64,000 bases of DNA from Tubiluchus corallicola (lineage: Eukaryota; Animalia; Priapulida). Both the position numbers and the translations under genes were made by a program. The notes under the pieces are model-generated. The model worked only from the letters and a program-made list of their open reading frames with translations, made no database searches and was not told where the DNA came from. How positions within the stretch are numbered: the first letter of the stretch is position 1; each line of letters opens with the position of its first letter. This document shows, piece by piece, positions 11,876 through 23,811 of the stretch. The stretch is from NCBI GenBank assembly GCA_030141605.1, contig JAQGDQ010001084.1:1-64000 (forward strand). Reading direction: 5' to 3'.

Positions 11876-13443
11876 GTTTTATACAGCGTTACTGCCGACG
11901 CAAACCATGCATGTAAAAAGGTAGTAAGTAAGTGGTATAAAACTTCAAGATGATTTTTTAAGCTTTATATAAGTGGAGCGTTTTCTTATGATGAATCGTT
12001 TAGGAAATAATTACATTATATTTCTCGCAGCATGTCATCTGGCACACACAAAATAGAACACTAGAATAACACTGTAACAAGTTTTACTATCAACACTTTA
12101 TTATAACAAAAAAGGGGGAAGAAAATAGCCAAATCTAACTAGGTAACAGCACTTATACTAGACAGAGAAGCACCTGTGTAAGAAATCAAAGCTGCAGTGA
12201 CCGCTACACACTTTTGTACTGGGATTTTCCCGGTCAGCTGGCTTCTCATACCACGTGTAGGCCCAAACAAGACGTCTGCATCTACAAAGAAGGAATGAAT
12301 CCGTGCTAACCTAGAATATTAGGAAGCCAAATCTCTTGAAGAGAGTCAGTCGAAATCACGCGACTGACACTCGAGATAGAGACGTTCTTTTCTTAGTAGG
12401 CCCAGAGGTTTTTATTACCTCGAAGTCATAATTTTTTCTGGACCATCACCAAAATTAAACTCATGTTACTTAGGATAAATATCGCGATCTGGCAGCATGG
12501 GGCCACATGGCGGTCTACACTGCTGCCATCTGTAAACGGTTTTGTCACTAAGGCCGTTTTACTAGATCCATGTTGCCACCATGGCGTGCTAACATTTTAG
12601 TAATGGAAACCGAAAAAGCTTGAGACGTATTTTTATGTAGATCACTGTACGTACTTGTGTTTAATAACTGTCAAAAGAGAGAAATGATTAATTGTGATGC
12701 TAACTTATATATTTTACGTATTTACATACACAAAACAAACACTGAAAACAAACAAACATTACTAAAAAGTGCAATTTGTCTATGTAAACTAATCAAGATA
12801 ATAATTTATAATTAAGCCATCTAAGCGGTATTCATGTGAATGTTCTCTACGATACCGTATCTACACATTACCAATGAGTTAGATTGACTGAAGGCTTTTA
12901 TAACATTCGATATTCCTTATATCCAAAAATAGGTTAGGTACAAGTTTAACATCACGTGTGCCATGTTACCTTTACAAGGTGAAAACTACCTATGAATGCG
13001 GTTTCAACAAGTGTTTAAAATCGCGACTGTTTTACACTTTCAACAGTCCGCCACATTAGCAATAGTAGTTAATTATTAGACACATTTACAAGTGCTTTTA
13101 ACATCGTAATTATTATTTTTTGATTGGAAGCCATGCAGTACATTCATTGCATGCAAGGAGTGCACACCATTGAACGTATTATAAAAATCATTCTGTTGTA
13201 CTTTTAATCCTATCACGTATACGATACGGGCAATTTGTGAGCGCTGTGATAAGTGAACTTGTCAATGTTTATATTCGAGCTCTATAGCGATGACGATAAT
13301 CACGATGATACAGACGACGACGACGACGATGATGATGATGATGATGATTTGTCTTTTATTCTAACCGTTTGCTCATCCATTCGTCGACATTCAGTTCTTT
13401 GATAATCGTTAACTGAACATCAATAGAAGGAGCAGCAGTAAGG

Positions 13444-13652
13444 ATGAAACAGTACAGCATGTAAGCATGGAACAGTACAGCATGTAAGCATGAAACAGTA
13501 CAGCATGTAAGCATGAAACAGTACAGCATGTAAGCATGAAACAGTACAGCATGTAAGCATGAAACAGTACAGCATGTAAGCATGAAACAGTACAGCATGT
13601 AAGCATGAAACAGTGCAGCATATAAGCATGAAACAGTACAGCATGTAAGCAT
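13444..13652. repeat. 23-bp minisatellite (atgaaacagtacagcatgtaagc) x ~9
   Basis: Direct periodicity (13444, 13467...). Confidence 0.95.
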
Positions 13653-13917
13653 GTAAAATTAGATCTCTATAACTTTAGCACAAAAGTAAACTAATGATTA
13701 AAAATGCAGTAATTATACTTTTGTCCGATTTTAAAAATATCACATCTGTTGTTTGATCAGCAAGCTCCAACATAAAATGCCTCCTCTTCATTTAGTTGAC
13801 CAATGGACAACAAAATAATAAATGATCTGGTGTTTGAGGGGACAGGGCCACAGTAACATAGCTCATTGAGCCGGGTTTATTTGATGCAGGTGATTTTGGG
13901 CCTTTTTTCAAGACTAA

Positions 13918-14265
13918 TGGTTGGTTGGCATCCTTCTGTCTCGGAAGACTATGGAGTGTGCGCCAAGAGAGTCAGTTATTGATCACATTGATGGAGCTGC
14001 AGCGTCCGCCTTCGGAGCTCCACTCCTGATTTGGAAGGTTTACTCCTCTACACATGGCCGTTGGGTCATTTGACCTCCTCCGCCCTCTAGCCGTTGGCAG
14101 CTTGTGCAACTCCTCTGCCTAATACAGTGTGGACATCCCGCAAGCCTACAGCACCTGGTATTCCTAGGCGGTCACCCATCAAGTACTAACTAGACTCTAC
14201 GTTACTTAAGTTCGATGATCAGACGAAAACCGGTGTTTTCAACGTGATTTGGCCGTAGTCTAAAG
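13918..14265 (-). mobile_element. 5S rRNA-derived SINE (SINE3 type) with RTE-like body and tail
   Basis: 5S head at 14142-14260 with no oligo-T terminator, then a ~225-bp body ending ...ccatagtcttccgagacagaaggatgccaaccaacca. Flanked by the 13-bp direct repeat ttttcaagactaa (13905-13917 and 14266-14278). Confidence 0.8.
14142..14260 (-). pseudogene. 5S rRNA: Full-length degenerate 5S rRNA sequence (SINE head)
   Basis: The reverse complement GACTACGGCCAAATCACGTTGAAAACACCGG...GTTAGTACTTGATGGGTGACCGCCTAGGAATACCAGGTGCTGTAGGCTT is clearly an animal 5S sequence with several transitions and a 1-nt deletion. Confidence 0.9.
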
Positions 14266-14785
14266 TTTTCAAGACTAAAGTCAGGGCATCATACTAATGG
14301 ACAACTTCATAAAACGACATTTACAGAACTGAACCGGTAAAGGTGTCCTAGCCTCGTTTCGAGGTGTGCTCATATCCTCAACAATGACACGACCAGCGGC
14401 GAGAGGAAAGCAGATGTCTGGTAGTCAATCATCTAATTACTAACCCAGCCTAACATGGTTAACTTCATTTGCTAGGTAAGATGTAAAATAGCTCGCCAAA
14501 AATATATCAAAAAACTGTTGTTGTGATACACTACACGACAGGCCTGCTTACTGCTGTTTAGTCAAGGAAAAGTAAAGGAAAAGTATCTGACTTCAGACAA
14601 ATTACGTTGATTAAAGACCAATATCTTCTATAACTAATAATACTGTTAGTTTTAGGCGCGAAGCATTCATGTTTCTAACAAGTATCCTGTGTTAGTTCAA
14701 CTCAAAACTTTCAAAAGCCTTAATAATACCTTCCGTCTAGTTTCGTCAATGTTATATAACACCAATGTTGTGAAATTCTTTTCAG

Positions 14786-16073
14786 ATCTTATTCTTTCTC
14801 GTCTTTACCATGATTGGTCACCGTGGAAGTCACGTGAATGGTCAAGTAGGCGAATTAGGCAAGCGTTTCGCTGACCTGGTGAGAGGTCAAAGAACCGGGG
14901 ATGGCATTTTAAAGAAATTTGCAGAAACCGATGAAAAAACTCCAGGTCAAAGTGTTACTCATGGTTCTGCCGGTTTCGATAACACGGCTACTGATGCTTC
15001 TGGTAACTTAAACATAGATGGTTCTTCTGGTTCCACTAGCTTGGATGATGCAAATGCACTTCCTGGTACCTCAGAGCCAACAGAAAATGCTGGCTCTGCC
15101 AACTCTGATGAAACCTCCGAGGGATTGCTGAGCGCAGCGAAAAACTTCCTGGATAAACAAGTTGATCAAGTTGTTGAAAGTTTTTCCAATCTAAATTTTG
15201 CCAAAAGATATGGAGATTTTTTATCTTCGGAGAAACAGGTCAGGGAAGGAAGAGAGATGAAGATGTTGATATAGCTCACGTACCGCAGCAAGACATTGAT
15301 CCTGTTGATGCTGTGCTAATAGATGACGATAACCTGCCCGATACGCATGCAAACATTGAGCTCGGAAAAAACTCTCACATTGTGGCACTTGTTACTAATG
15401 TCTCAGGTATGTAAGTAATTTATTTATGAACACAAACTTCGCTAGACAGTTTATATGTATAACTTGTAATGTTAAATCGCTAGCTAACGAGAATTTTGAG
15501 GAAATTATTAATAATAATTAATCAAATGGTTACTTTGTTACAGTGGAAAACGTAGAGAAATAACGATGAAAGTTAACGTCCTTAATTGCCACTTACGGGT
15601 CAAAGGTCACAAACCTTAACGTAAATGCTGTTCAACTCGATGTGCTTTTGTAAACTTATATTTCTTTTATTTTTATGCATGTCAGTTAATACGATTTCTT
15701 ACTCATTTTAAATGTGTAGATTCACTTGGAGGCAGCTATGAGACAGAGATAGACTTCAAAGCACGTTTGGAAAGATACAAGGCGTACACAGACCTTGGTC
15801 TGGAAGCGTTAGCTGATGGTATGTAAAATTTAGTGTAGGGAAGAACGAATGCAGTGGTTGCTTTGATGGAATATTTGCCTAAAAGGGCATTTAGAACATC
15901 CTAAGGGGTCATTGACCCATGTCTAGAAAAGATTGTTTGGTATGAAACTAAGTTAGTGCTCTTCTGAGATCTGCCATAATCGTAAATGAAATCAAATGTC
16001 AATAAATCTCAAAAATTATTTTCCTTCAGAAGCTTCCGTTGTCTCGGACTTCATCAGCTTCACAGAAAGATAG
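14786..16073 (+). pseudogene. Acidic Ser/Gly/Asp-rich, probably secreted orphan gene with a frameshift; exons 14786-15406, 15720-15818, 16030-16073; first exon unresolved
   Basis: The acceptor ttttcag|14786 opens ILFFLVFTMIGHRG. The frame shifts in a GA run near 15253 into DEDVDIAHVPQQ...VTNVS. Two phase-1-compatible exons follow (DSLGGSYETEIDFKARLERYKAYTDLGLEALAD; EASVVSDFISFTER*), then AATAAA. Confidence 0.6.
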
Positions 16074-17756
16074 AATAATAAAAAAACTACAGATGAAACT
16101 ACACATAAAATAAATGTGTACAATCTCAGTAAATTAAAGGGTATTATTCATGTACCCAACAGTAAACAGTAATGCCTACGTCACAAGTAGGATGCAAGCA
16201 ATGTGACAGAGGGGAGTGTTGGCACAGTTGAAATCATGGAGCTTTTGCGCATGCTCATCCTTGTGAAAGAAAGTATGAAGTACTTTTATCACTGTCAACT
16301 CTCATTGGTCCGAGCCACAGAAGGTGACAGCACTACAAAACATGTTCTTAATGTTTCATTTAGATGCCTACAGATGGTGCTGCTATATATATATGATCAG
16401 TAGTTTAACTGAAGTCCTACAAAACGATGGCGCCAGTATCAAACGAAGTTTACTAGATTATACTAGAACTTTACTAGTACTAGAAATTTTTAGAAATGAA
16501 GCCATATTTTACGTGGCCAAGCCTAAATAGATAAATACATTTGGGTAGCTCTTCATGAAGCCAGCAATTAGAATGAACACAACATTCCGGACAAATTATA
16601 TCCGTCAAAATATTATACTTAAGGTATCGTTTTAAGCAAAATATTATATAATCGTTATCAAACTCATTATCAACAAGATTATTAGCAAAATATCAATGCA
16701 TCAACAAACAAGTTTTTTTGTTTCCAATTTTTTAACGAGGTTTCGGTTTCCTCGATTTTTTTTTATTTTACATTTTTTTAATTTTTTTTGTTTTACATTT
16801 TTTTAATTTTTTTTGTTTTACATTTTTTTATTTTTTTTTTGTTTTTTAATTTTTCGTCCAATTTTTTAACGAGCTTAGGTATGCTCTTTGCTCTTCTTCT
16901 ACTCCTGCAAAACACAGAAAAATCCAAAACTTAGACAAAACTGATAATTATATGAATTAGAAGTACACATTAACTTCACATTAAAAATTATAATACCTTA
17001 AGTAACACACATACAAAAGATGACAGTAGTCATAAATTACAATACTGTGTTTGTTCTGTTAAACAGAAACGAGCAACCGATACTAGTTACTACTAACGTA
17101 TGATTAATTATGCACAGAGACCCGCTCGCAGTGAAGCCAAACTATTGAAGTTTAGTGAAGCCGTGGACTCAAGAAGCCACTGTAGCGTAAGCAATAAAAA
17201 TTCGAAGTTAGTTGTTTACCAAATGTCTAAAAAAGGGAAGAGAGTTTTTTTGTAACAGGTTGGTCTTTCCGTCAACTAAGCCAACCAAAGCTGACAATCA
17301 ATTGAGTGTCTTCCATTCATTCTTAAACTTGCAAATGATCATGGGACATCATCATTATATTCGGAATCCTTTACGTACAATAGCTGGACGCCATCTTTAA
17401 TTCTCCTCTCTAGATTCTATATATGAAGGTGACAGCATGAACCAATGGTGTAATCGCTTGCAGGAAACTATCCTTCTGGTACATGCTGGTATATCTGATT
17501 TGACAGAACTGATCAAATAAACTATCCTATTTCCAATTTCCTAATTCCATAATTTTTAATCATTTTCTGTAGAAATTTTTAGGAGTTTAGCGAAAGCAAC
17601 GCCATGAAGCAACTAGTGTCATATTTGCGTCCTCTCCCCTGAATGTTTGTGTCTCGTCATGTGGAAATTCTTCGAGAAATTTTAGTACATACACTACACT
17701 GAAACTACCATGTACAATAAAGAAGAGATTTGAAACCAAGTCTTACCAATTTTCTG

Positions 17757-20700
17757 CTATTCATTCACCTGGCCTGGCAGCGACCACCCAAAAATGGTCG
17801 CCGCCAGGTCTTCATTAAGTTGTCTTTCCCTTTCCAGGTTCTTTCTGTCCTTTTCTTTCCTATCCTACAGAAAAAAAACGTCTTAGTAAATTCTCAGGTC
17901 TAAAAAGCATCGTGCCGTTGTAGTGTAGGGTTAAGCGTGGCGTTCGGGAGAGAAGCAGACGGAGGTGCGAGTCCCAGTGCAGATGTGAAACTGCTTGAGA
18001 CTTACTAATTAACATTTTGCTTACAGCAGAATCTTCTTGATATACACCAGGTCTTTATTTTTATTTATTTATTATTAGTTTTCCGTTTTGTTTCTTTAAA
18101 AACTCGTACACGCACGGGGGTGGAGGGTCACGAAGCACAGGGTCAGAGGGTCACGAAGCACAGGGCTAGATGGTCACGAAGCACAGGGCTAGAGGGTCAC
18201 GAAGCACAGGGCTAGAGAGCCACGAAGCACAGGGCCAGAGCGTCACGAAGCACAGGGCCAGAGGATCACGGTGCAAAGGGTCAAAGGTTCACGAAGCACA
18301 GGGCTAGATGGTCACGAAGCACAGGGCCAGAGGGTCACGAAGCACAGGGCTAGATGGTCACGAAGCAAAGGGCCAGAGGGTCAGGAAGCACAGGGCCAGA
18401 GGGTCACGAAGCACAGGGCTAGATGGTCACGAAGCACAGGGCCAGAGGGTCACGAAGCACAGGGCTAGATGGTCACGAAGCACAGGGCCAGATGGTCACG
18501 AAGCACAGGGCCAGAGGGTCACGCAGCAAAGGGCCAGAGGGTCACGAAACAAAGGGCCAGAGGGTCACGAATTAATATGTGACCCATCACCTTTGGGTCA
18601 AAGGTCGTGTAGCGGGCAGGGATTGTTGTGTTTTTTTCATTAGACTGGATCTCCTCCTACAGTTTTTGAGCTAGGGCCACAATTTTTGGTATGTGGCTAG
18701 GTTGTGTCCAGTTGTCTTGCATGGCTGAATATGAGCCAATTGCGTTTGAGATAATTTCTCGGTAGGGAGCAAAAACCAACAGCATGAGGCTACAGGTGAC
18801 TGGTCAAAGAGTGACAAGCTCTGATTTCATTGAACCTGTTAATCGAGTCAAACACAGTAAAGAATGTGCAGTGTTGTTAATTATTTTGAAAACAATTTTA
18901 TTTGTAAATACAAAACAAAAGCTGTCATTAAAGCATCTCCTGTCACAGAAGCAGAATCTCACCACAGTTTTTGACACAGTCAAAGACGTCCACTAGTTTA
19001 GTATTGGTTTCGTGCATTCATAAGATCATCAGATTACTTGCAGTTTAATCTTAATTATTGTAGCATTACCTAGGGCACCGTATTGAGAAATTCCGTTTTA
19101 GCATCGTTTAATTCTAGCTAAAAGACACCTATCCATCTTGCAGCGAAAGCTATACAATTTTGCATTTCAGTGAGAACATCTCTATCAGACATGTTACTAG
19201 ATCGACGAATGGCTAAATACGTGTGTTTCTTTACCTAACCACCATCGTTTAATTCTAGCTGAAAGACACCTAACCATCTTCCAACGAAAGCTATACAATT
19301 TTGCATTTCAGTGAGAACTTCTCTATCAGACAGGTTGCTAGATAGACGAATGGCTAAATACGTATGTTTGTTTACTGAAAAACCATTATTTACATTACAA
19401 TACAAACAAATAAATCTGAGAGATTTAATCAACAGTGAAAGAAACGTTTACTAGAGAGAAATTCCCCATAAAAGGAATATTGTGACTCGAGCGTAAAAAA
19501 TATATGTAACCCCAGCAGATAGTGAAGTTTTCTATCGTATTATTATGATCGTAAATGTACTATGTCTTAAATTAACAGATTATCAGATAAATTAAATAAT
19601 TTTTCCTGGCGAATTTCGTATGCGTACATTACCATGTTTCGTTTGCGCACATTACCTTGTTCCGTATGCGTACATTACCTTGTTTCGTATGCGCACATTA
19701 CCTTGTTTCGTATGCGTACATTACCATGTTTCGTATGCGTACATTACCATGTTTCGTATGCGTACATTACCTTGTTCCGTATGCGTACATCACCATGTTT
19801 CGTATGTACACATTACAGTGTTTTGTATGCGTACATTACCTTGTTGTACTTTAATTCATACGAGTATTAAAAATAAAAATTTTCACAACAGTGTTACGTA
19901 AACTAGTATTAATAACTTTTTACGGAATTGTATCTCGATTTTATATGAACAATGAATTGATTCTTAGTATGAAAAGCCGTTTCTAGAAAAGCTACAATAA
20001 TCTTGCATAATTCGACATGCTGGCTATGATTAAATATATCCAAGGTCCTTGATAAAACTGACAATCATCTGCAAAGACGTCACGGGAATTACTTGATTTG
20101 CCGAGGACCCAGCTATGGATAACAAAGACAGCAACAAAATGAACAAATGTCTGAACAGTTTGGTGTTTTTTATTTATAAAATTTATCTGAAAAAACTACT
20201 CACTGCCTTGCATTCATTCCTTTCCATGTCATCTTCCGTCCTTCCGTCCTTCCATCCATACTCTTCCAACAAATTACAACTCGAACACACATCCTGATCA
20301 AAATATACGAATGAAAGTTTGTAAATGACTTAACCCGTAACCGACCAAGGTGGAGTAAAAATTACCCCAGGAGCATTTGCTCACATGTTTTTATATTGAT
20401 GCCTCAACGAAAATTTTCAAACTAATAGCGATTAAATATTCTTCGATTTGTTATGCAACCCTACCTTGGTTTTGTTGAAAAGTATCATTCATGATTTTTT
20501 ACAAAGCACAAGTACCAGATACTACCTGTCCTGGGGTAACTTATTACTCCGTTTGGTCTTTAGTGTAATATAAAACCGCTTGGTCGGCTAAGAATTAATA
20601 ATAATGACAAGAAAATCGACAATAAATTATTATTAATCCAATGATAAAGATAACAATGCTGAATTGTGAGGTTTAATTGCCATTGCTAGGGTAATATTAA

Positions 20701-20946
20701 TTAATTTAAGGTAGAAGATAAGCTAGACCAGGATAGGACAAGATCAAGCACGAACTTGTTATATCCTCTGCTGATAAGTTTGTTTAGCTGGTAAGAAGAG
20801 ACAGATAGGACGAAAGCAAAACTTACTACTCTATTTCGCCTTCTGGTCATCCTCCTTCTTAGCCATCTCAAAATTCTCCCACAACAACACCCTCGCCTTC
20901 CGTACACTCTCTCCTCCGTCCACGCCAATTTTACTTCTTTATTCAT
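17757..20946 (-). CDS. Small charged orphan protein with an N-terminal CCC/basic cluster (~105 aa); exons 20827-20946, 20204-20293, 17757-17864
   Basis: Three open exons joined in phase 0 with canonical sites (GTAAGT and GTGAGT donors; cag and tag acceptors): MNKEVK...RRGCCCGRILRWLRRR..RV|DVCSSCNLLEEYGW..CKA|DRKEK..GWSLPGQVNE*. Confidence 0.55.
18122..18571. repeat. 23-bp minisatellite (agagggtcacgaagcacagggcc) x ~19
   Basis: Direct periodicity (gggtca at 18125, 18148...). Confidence 0.95.
19030..19380 (-). mobile_element. Degenerate CR1/L2-like RT fragment with a local ~142-bp tandem duplication
   Basis: HTYLAI...EMQNCIAFVGRWL..FQLELN resembles the segment after YADD in L2/CR1 RTs. 19101-19232 is repeated at 19243-19375. 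Confidence 0.4.
19614..19846. repeat. 23-bp minisatellite (gtttcgtatgcgtacattaccat) x ~10
   Basis: Direct periodicity (19621, 19644...). Confidence 0.95.
20334..20594. mobile_element. piggyBac-like MITE
   Basis: TTAA|CCCGTAACCGACCAAG ... CTTGGTCGGCTAAGAA|TTAA: imperfect TIRs with TTAA flanks. Confidence 0.55.
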
Positions 20947-21009
20947 GCTTTTCCTATCTTGTCAATCTCAAATGTTTATGGTGAATGCTGTGACTTAGTA
21001 ACGGCATTC

Positions 21010-21052
21010 ATACGTCACAAATTGACGTCACGTGGCTGCTGACGCGTCATTG
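21010..21052. promoter_or_regulatory. CRE/E-box cluster, likely promoter of the minus-strand orphan gene
   Basis: TGACGTCA (21023-21030) overlaps CACGTG, with a TGACGCGTCA palindrome nearby, ~80 bp upstream of the ATG at 20946. Confidence 0.35.
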
Positions 21053-21395
21053 CCCAATACGTATTATTTGGCGTTAAACGTATCAGACTTACATACATCC
21101 CAGGGAGAACACTTTTCTCAGATTCTTTATTTAACAAAGTTGGGTTTCCTACTTCTGGATAGGTGGTGAGGGAATTTCTAACTCGTGTGCGTAATACGTT
21201 GAGGAATCAATTCATTACATTTATTACATTTCAGTAAAATTACAAGAACATAATATAAATTATTACTCGGATTTATGTTAATTAGTTTAATTAAACGAGT
21301 TTTGATAAGATAATGGAAGATCATAGGATCGTCAATTAGCATCTGAGAGAAAAACATGAAAACGCAGCGCCACATCAGACAAAACGGTCCTGTAG

Positions 21396-21845
21396 CAGGG
21401 TTCCCATGGCCAGAAAAAATCCTGGAAAATACAGGCTATCCTGTAAAGTCAGGGAAAATGATGAAAATGCTGCAAAAAGTCAGGGAAATTGGAAAGGGTT
21501 ACAAAAATAATCAGCAAGAATCGATATTTTTTCAAACATATCTTTCAGCAATTCGTGTTCAAACAAAATTTGGCTATGGCAGGTTCCCAGTTTCAATTTC
21601 TGTTCCAAAATTAATGATTGGATTAAGAAAGTTTGTTTAATGTGATTAGTGTAAATTCGTTAGCACTACTGCAACTGTGTCAACACGTATCAGTATATGT
21701 ATGAATATCCATACACAAAAATGTTTGAATGTGTATACTGGTAATGCAATTTCCGCTTATCTTGGTCATGGAAAATCAATATTTGGTCACGGAAAAGTCG
21801 TGGAAAAGTCAGGGAAATTTATTTTTAAATTCTGTGGGAACGCTG
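21396..21845. mobile_element. hAT-like MITE
   Basis: CAGGGTTCCCA...TGGGAACGCTG termini and internal gtcagggaaa subterminal repeats. No clean TSD. Confidence 0.5.
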
Positions 21846-22007
21846 TTTTAGGATCAAATCCTTCTATAAAAGCCAGAGCATTGAGTAACATTTCTCATTC
21901 TGCTTTTGACTGTGCATAATCTCTGGGTCAGATAATCTGTTAATGCATAGTTACATATTGTTACTTACTCATTATAAATACATTGTGCCGTTGTTTACGA
22001 TTCTTAA

Positions 22008-22633
22008 AGGAACACAGTACGATTTTTCATACACTAACCCATTTTCAAATCCGATAAAAAGTATACATTTTAACACAATTAATATTGCAAAAGTTTTTCT
22101 GATAATTAAATAATATATTAAAAACTTAATTAACGGCGAGTGAGCCCAACTATTGATGACATCACAAACTAACATAATTTTCAACAGCAAAAATATTCCA
22201 CGAGTGTGTTGCCCGTCTTTGTGAAAGCGAAAATTGAAGTACAGTGCTACTGTAAGATATTCAGTGTGTTGTACTAAAACTCAGTAAGTTTTAAGATAAA
22301 AATTCAAATTTCAAATTTACCGCTGTGCTCACGCATGAGCTGTCGAATGTGTGTAGTTCGTAACAAACTAACACATCTAAACTGAGACATACAGCACCTG
22401 TTTAAGTGCAATGCGTTTCCAAAATACAAGCGCTAGTGCCCGTCTAACTGGCGAATGGCGGAATGCATGTAACAGCGGCGCGTAAGAACTAGTGGCGCGA
22501 AAGTGAAATTGTGTTTGTGTGGTAATAATTCTTTCTCGCAAGTCATTTTTGAATAGTATGTTTCCTTTCAACATTTTAAAGAGTAGATTGTTTTGACCTA
22601 CAGTTCAACATTGGGTCCGCTTTTGCTTTAAAG
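22008..22633 (-). mobile_element. Kolobok-like element, 3' portion (reverse copy of ~8780-9451)
   Basis: Begins TTAA|AGGAACACAG. ORF 21972-22190(-) resembles ORF 9149-9469(+). Confidence 0.7.
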
Positions 22634-23127
22634 TTAATCACAAGAAGATATAAACGTATCTTGTACAGTATCAAGATGGCGCCCAGTGGATCGACTGAAC
22701 GATCGAACGACTCTATCCAATGATATGCCACACAGCCACCACAACCACAGGGCTGCTATGCTACGCCCGTTTTCCTGGATCCATGTTGGTATACCATACG
22801 TATATATAGCTGGTACCGTTGCTCTCTGAACGGATGCCATAAGCCATACAGACACGTTCCATATATCGTCGGATTTGCAATGAAACGTAGAATCTGATGT
22901 ACTGTGTCAAAGTCACGAGCCGAGTTTCATTTAGCCACAATGCTGCATAATATCTGCTGTAGATACAAACGTATTTTAATCATTACAATATTGAGTCCAT
23001 CCATCTTGTACAGTTTTCCTTTCGATAATGTAACTGATTATTTAACTAATGAAATTCTCTTAACTACAAATGTTATTTTAATTAATAATGAATTGTTTAT
23101 GAAATAATTGCAATGGAATAAACGTAA

Positions 23128-23436
23128 TGCACCATTACATGACGTCATATACGCGCAACGTAAATCAGGGAAAGAAAACGAAATGTTAAATTACGTCCTA
23201 AAAACTTTCCACGCAAATCTATATTACTTAGCATTTCACTTACCTGCTGGAAAGACTTATGTAATTAGATTAATAATTTAAAATGTTTGTGCCAATTGGC
23301 AAAATGTCGCCGATTCGCCCTCCAGGGTGCACCACTCACTAACCAGAAACGTATTTTTCGTCTTATTGACAAGATTCAGTGATTTAAAATTTTACTTAAT
23401 TAGCAACATGTATGCTACGAATGCTCTGATTATTTT
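23128..23436 (+). mobile_element. Kolobok-like repeat, internal fragment
   Basis: Near-identical to 11500-11810. Confidence 0.65.
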
Positions 23437-23811
23437 ACTAACTAGTAGTAGTAGTAACAGCAGCAGCAGTAGTAAAATCTTTTATTTGCAATTAAAAATA
23501 CTAATGTGAAATTAATGACATTAGATAGAGAATACTAATATTCCCTCTTGCAGTTGCAATTCATCTATGAAAATGAAACCACTCAGTGGACACTTGTAGA
23601 AATGCTGCAACACTGACGCAAAGTTCAAAATTGGTTCTGTCACAAAGTTAGAGTCTTTGTTAAAATGGAATGGTGAACGTTAGTAAAAAAAGCATAATGT
23701 GCAATCATTGTGCCTTAGATGTTTGCAATTGCTCAAGAAACAACACTGAACTTTATTTAAAACTGTGTAATAAAATTTATTAAGTGCAAACTAACAAATA
23801 TTTTCAACAAA

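Noticed and set aside
14142-14260. Functional 5S rRNA gene
   Set aside because: It has multiple substitutions and a deletion, lacks an oligo-T terminator, is solitary, and is enclosed with extra sequence by a TSD.
14455-17759. Stop-codon (TAG) reassignment suggested by two in-frame TAGs in orphan genes
   Set aside because: I saw no in-frame TAG in the amidase and Par-3 exons I translated, and the + strand orphan gene itself ends in TAG.
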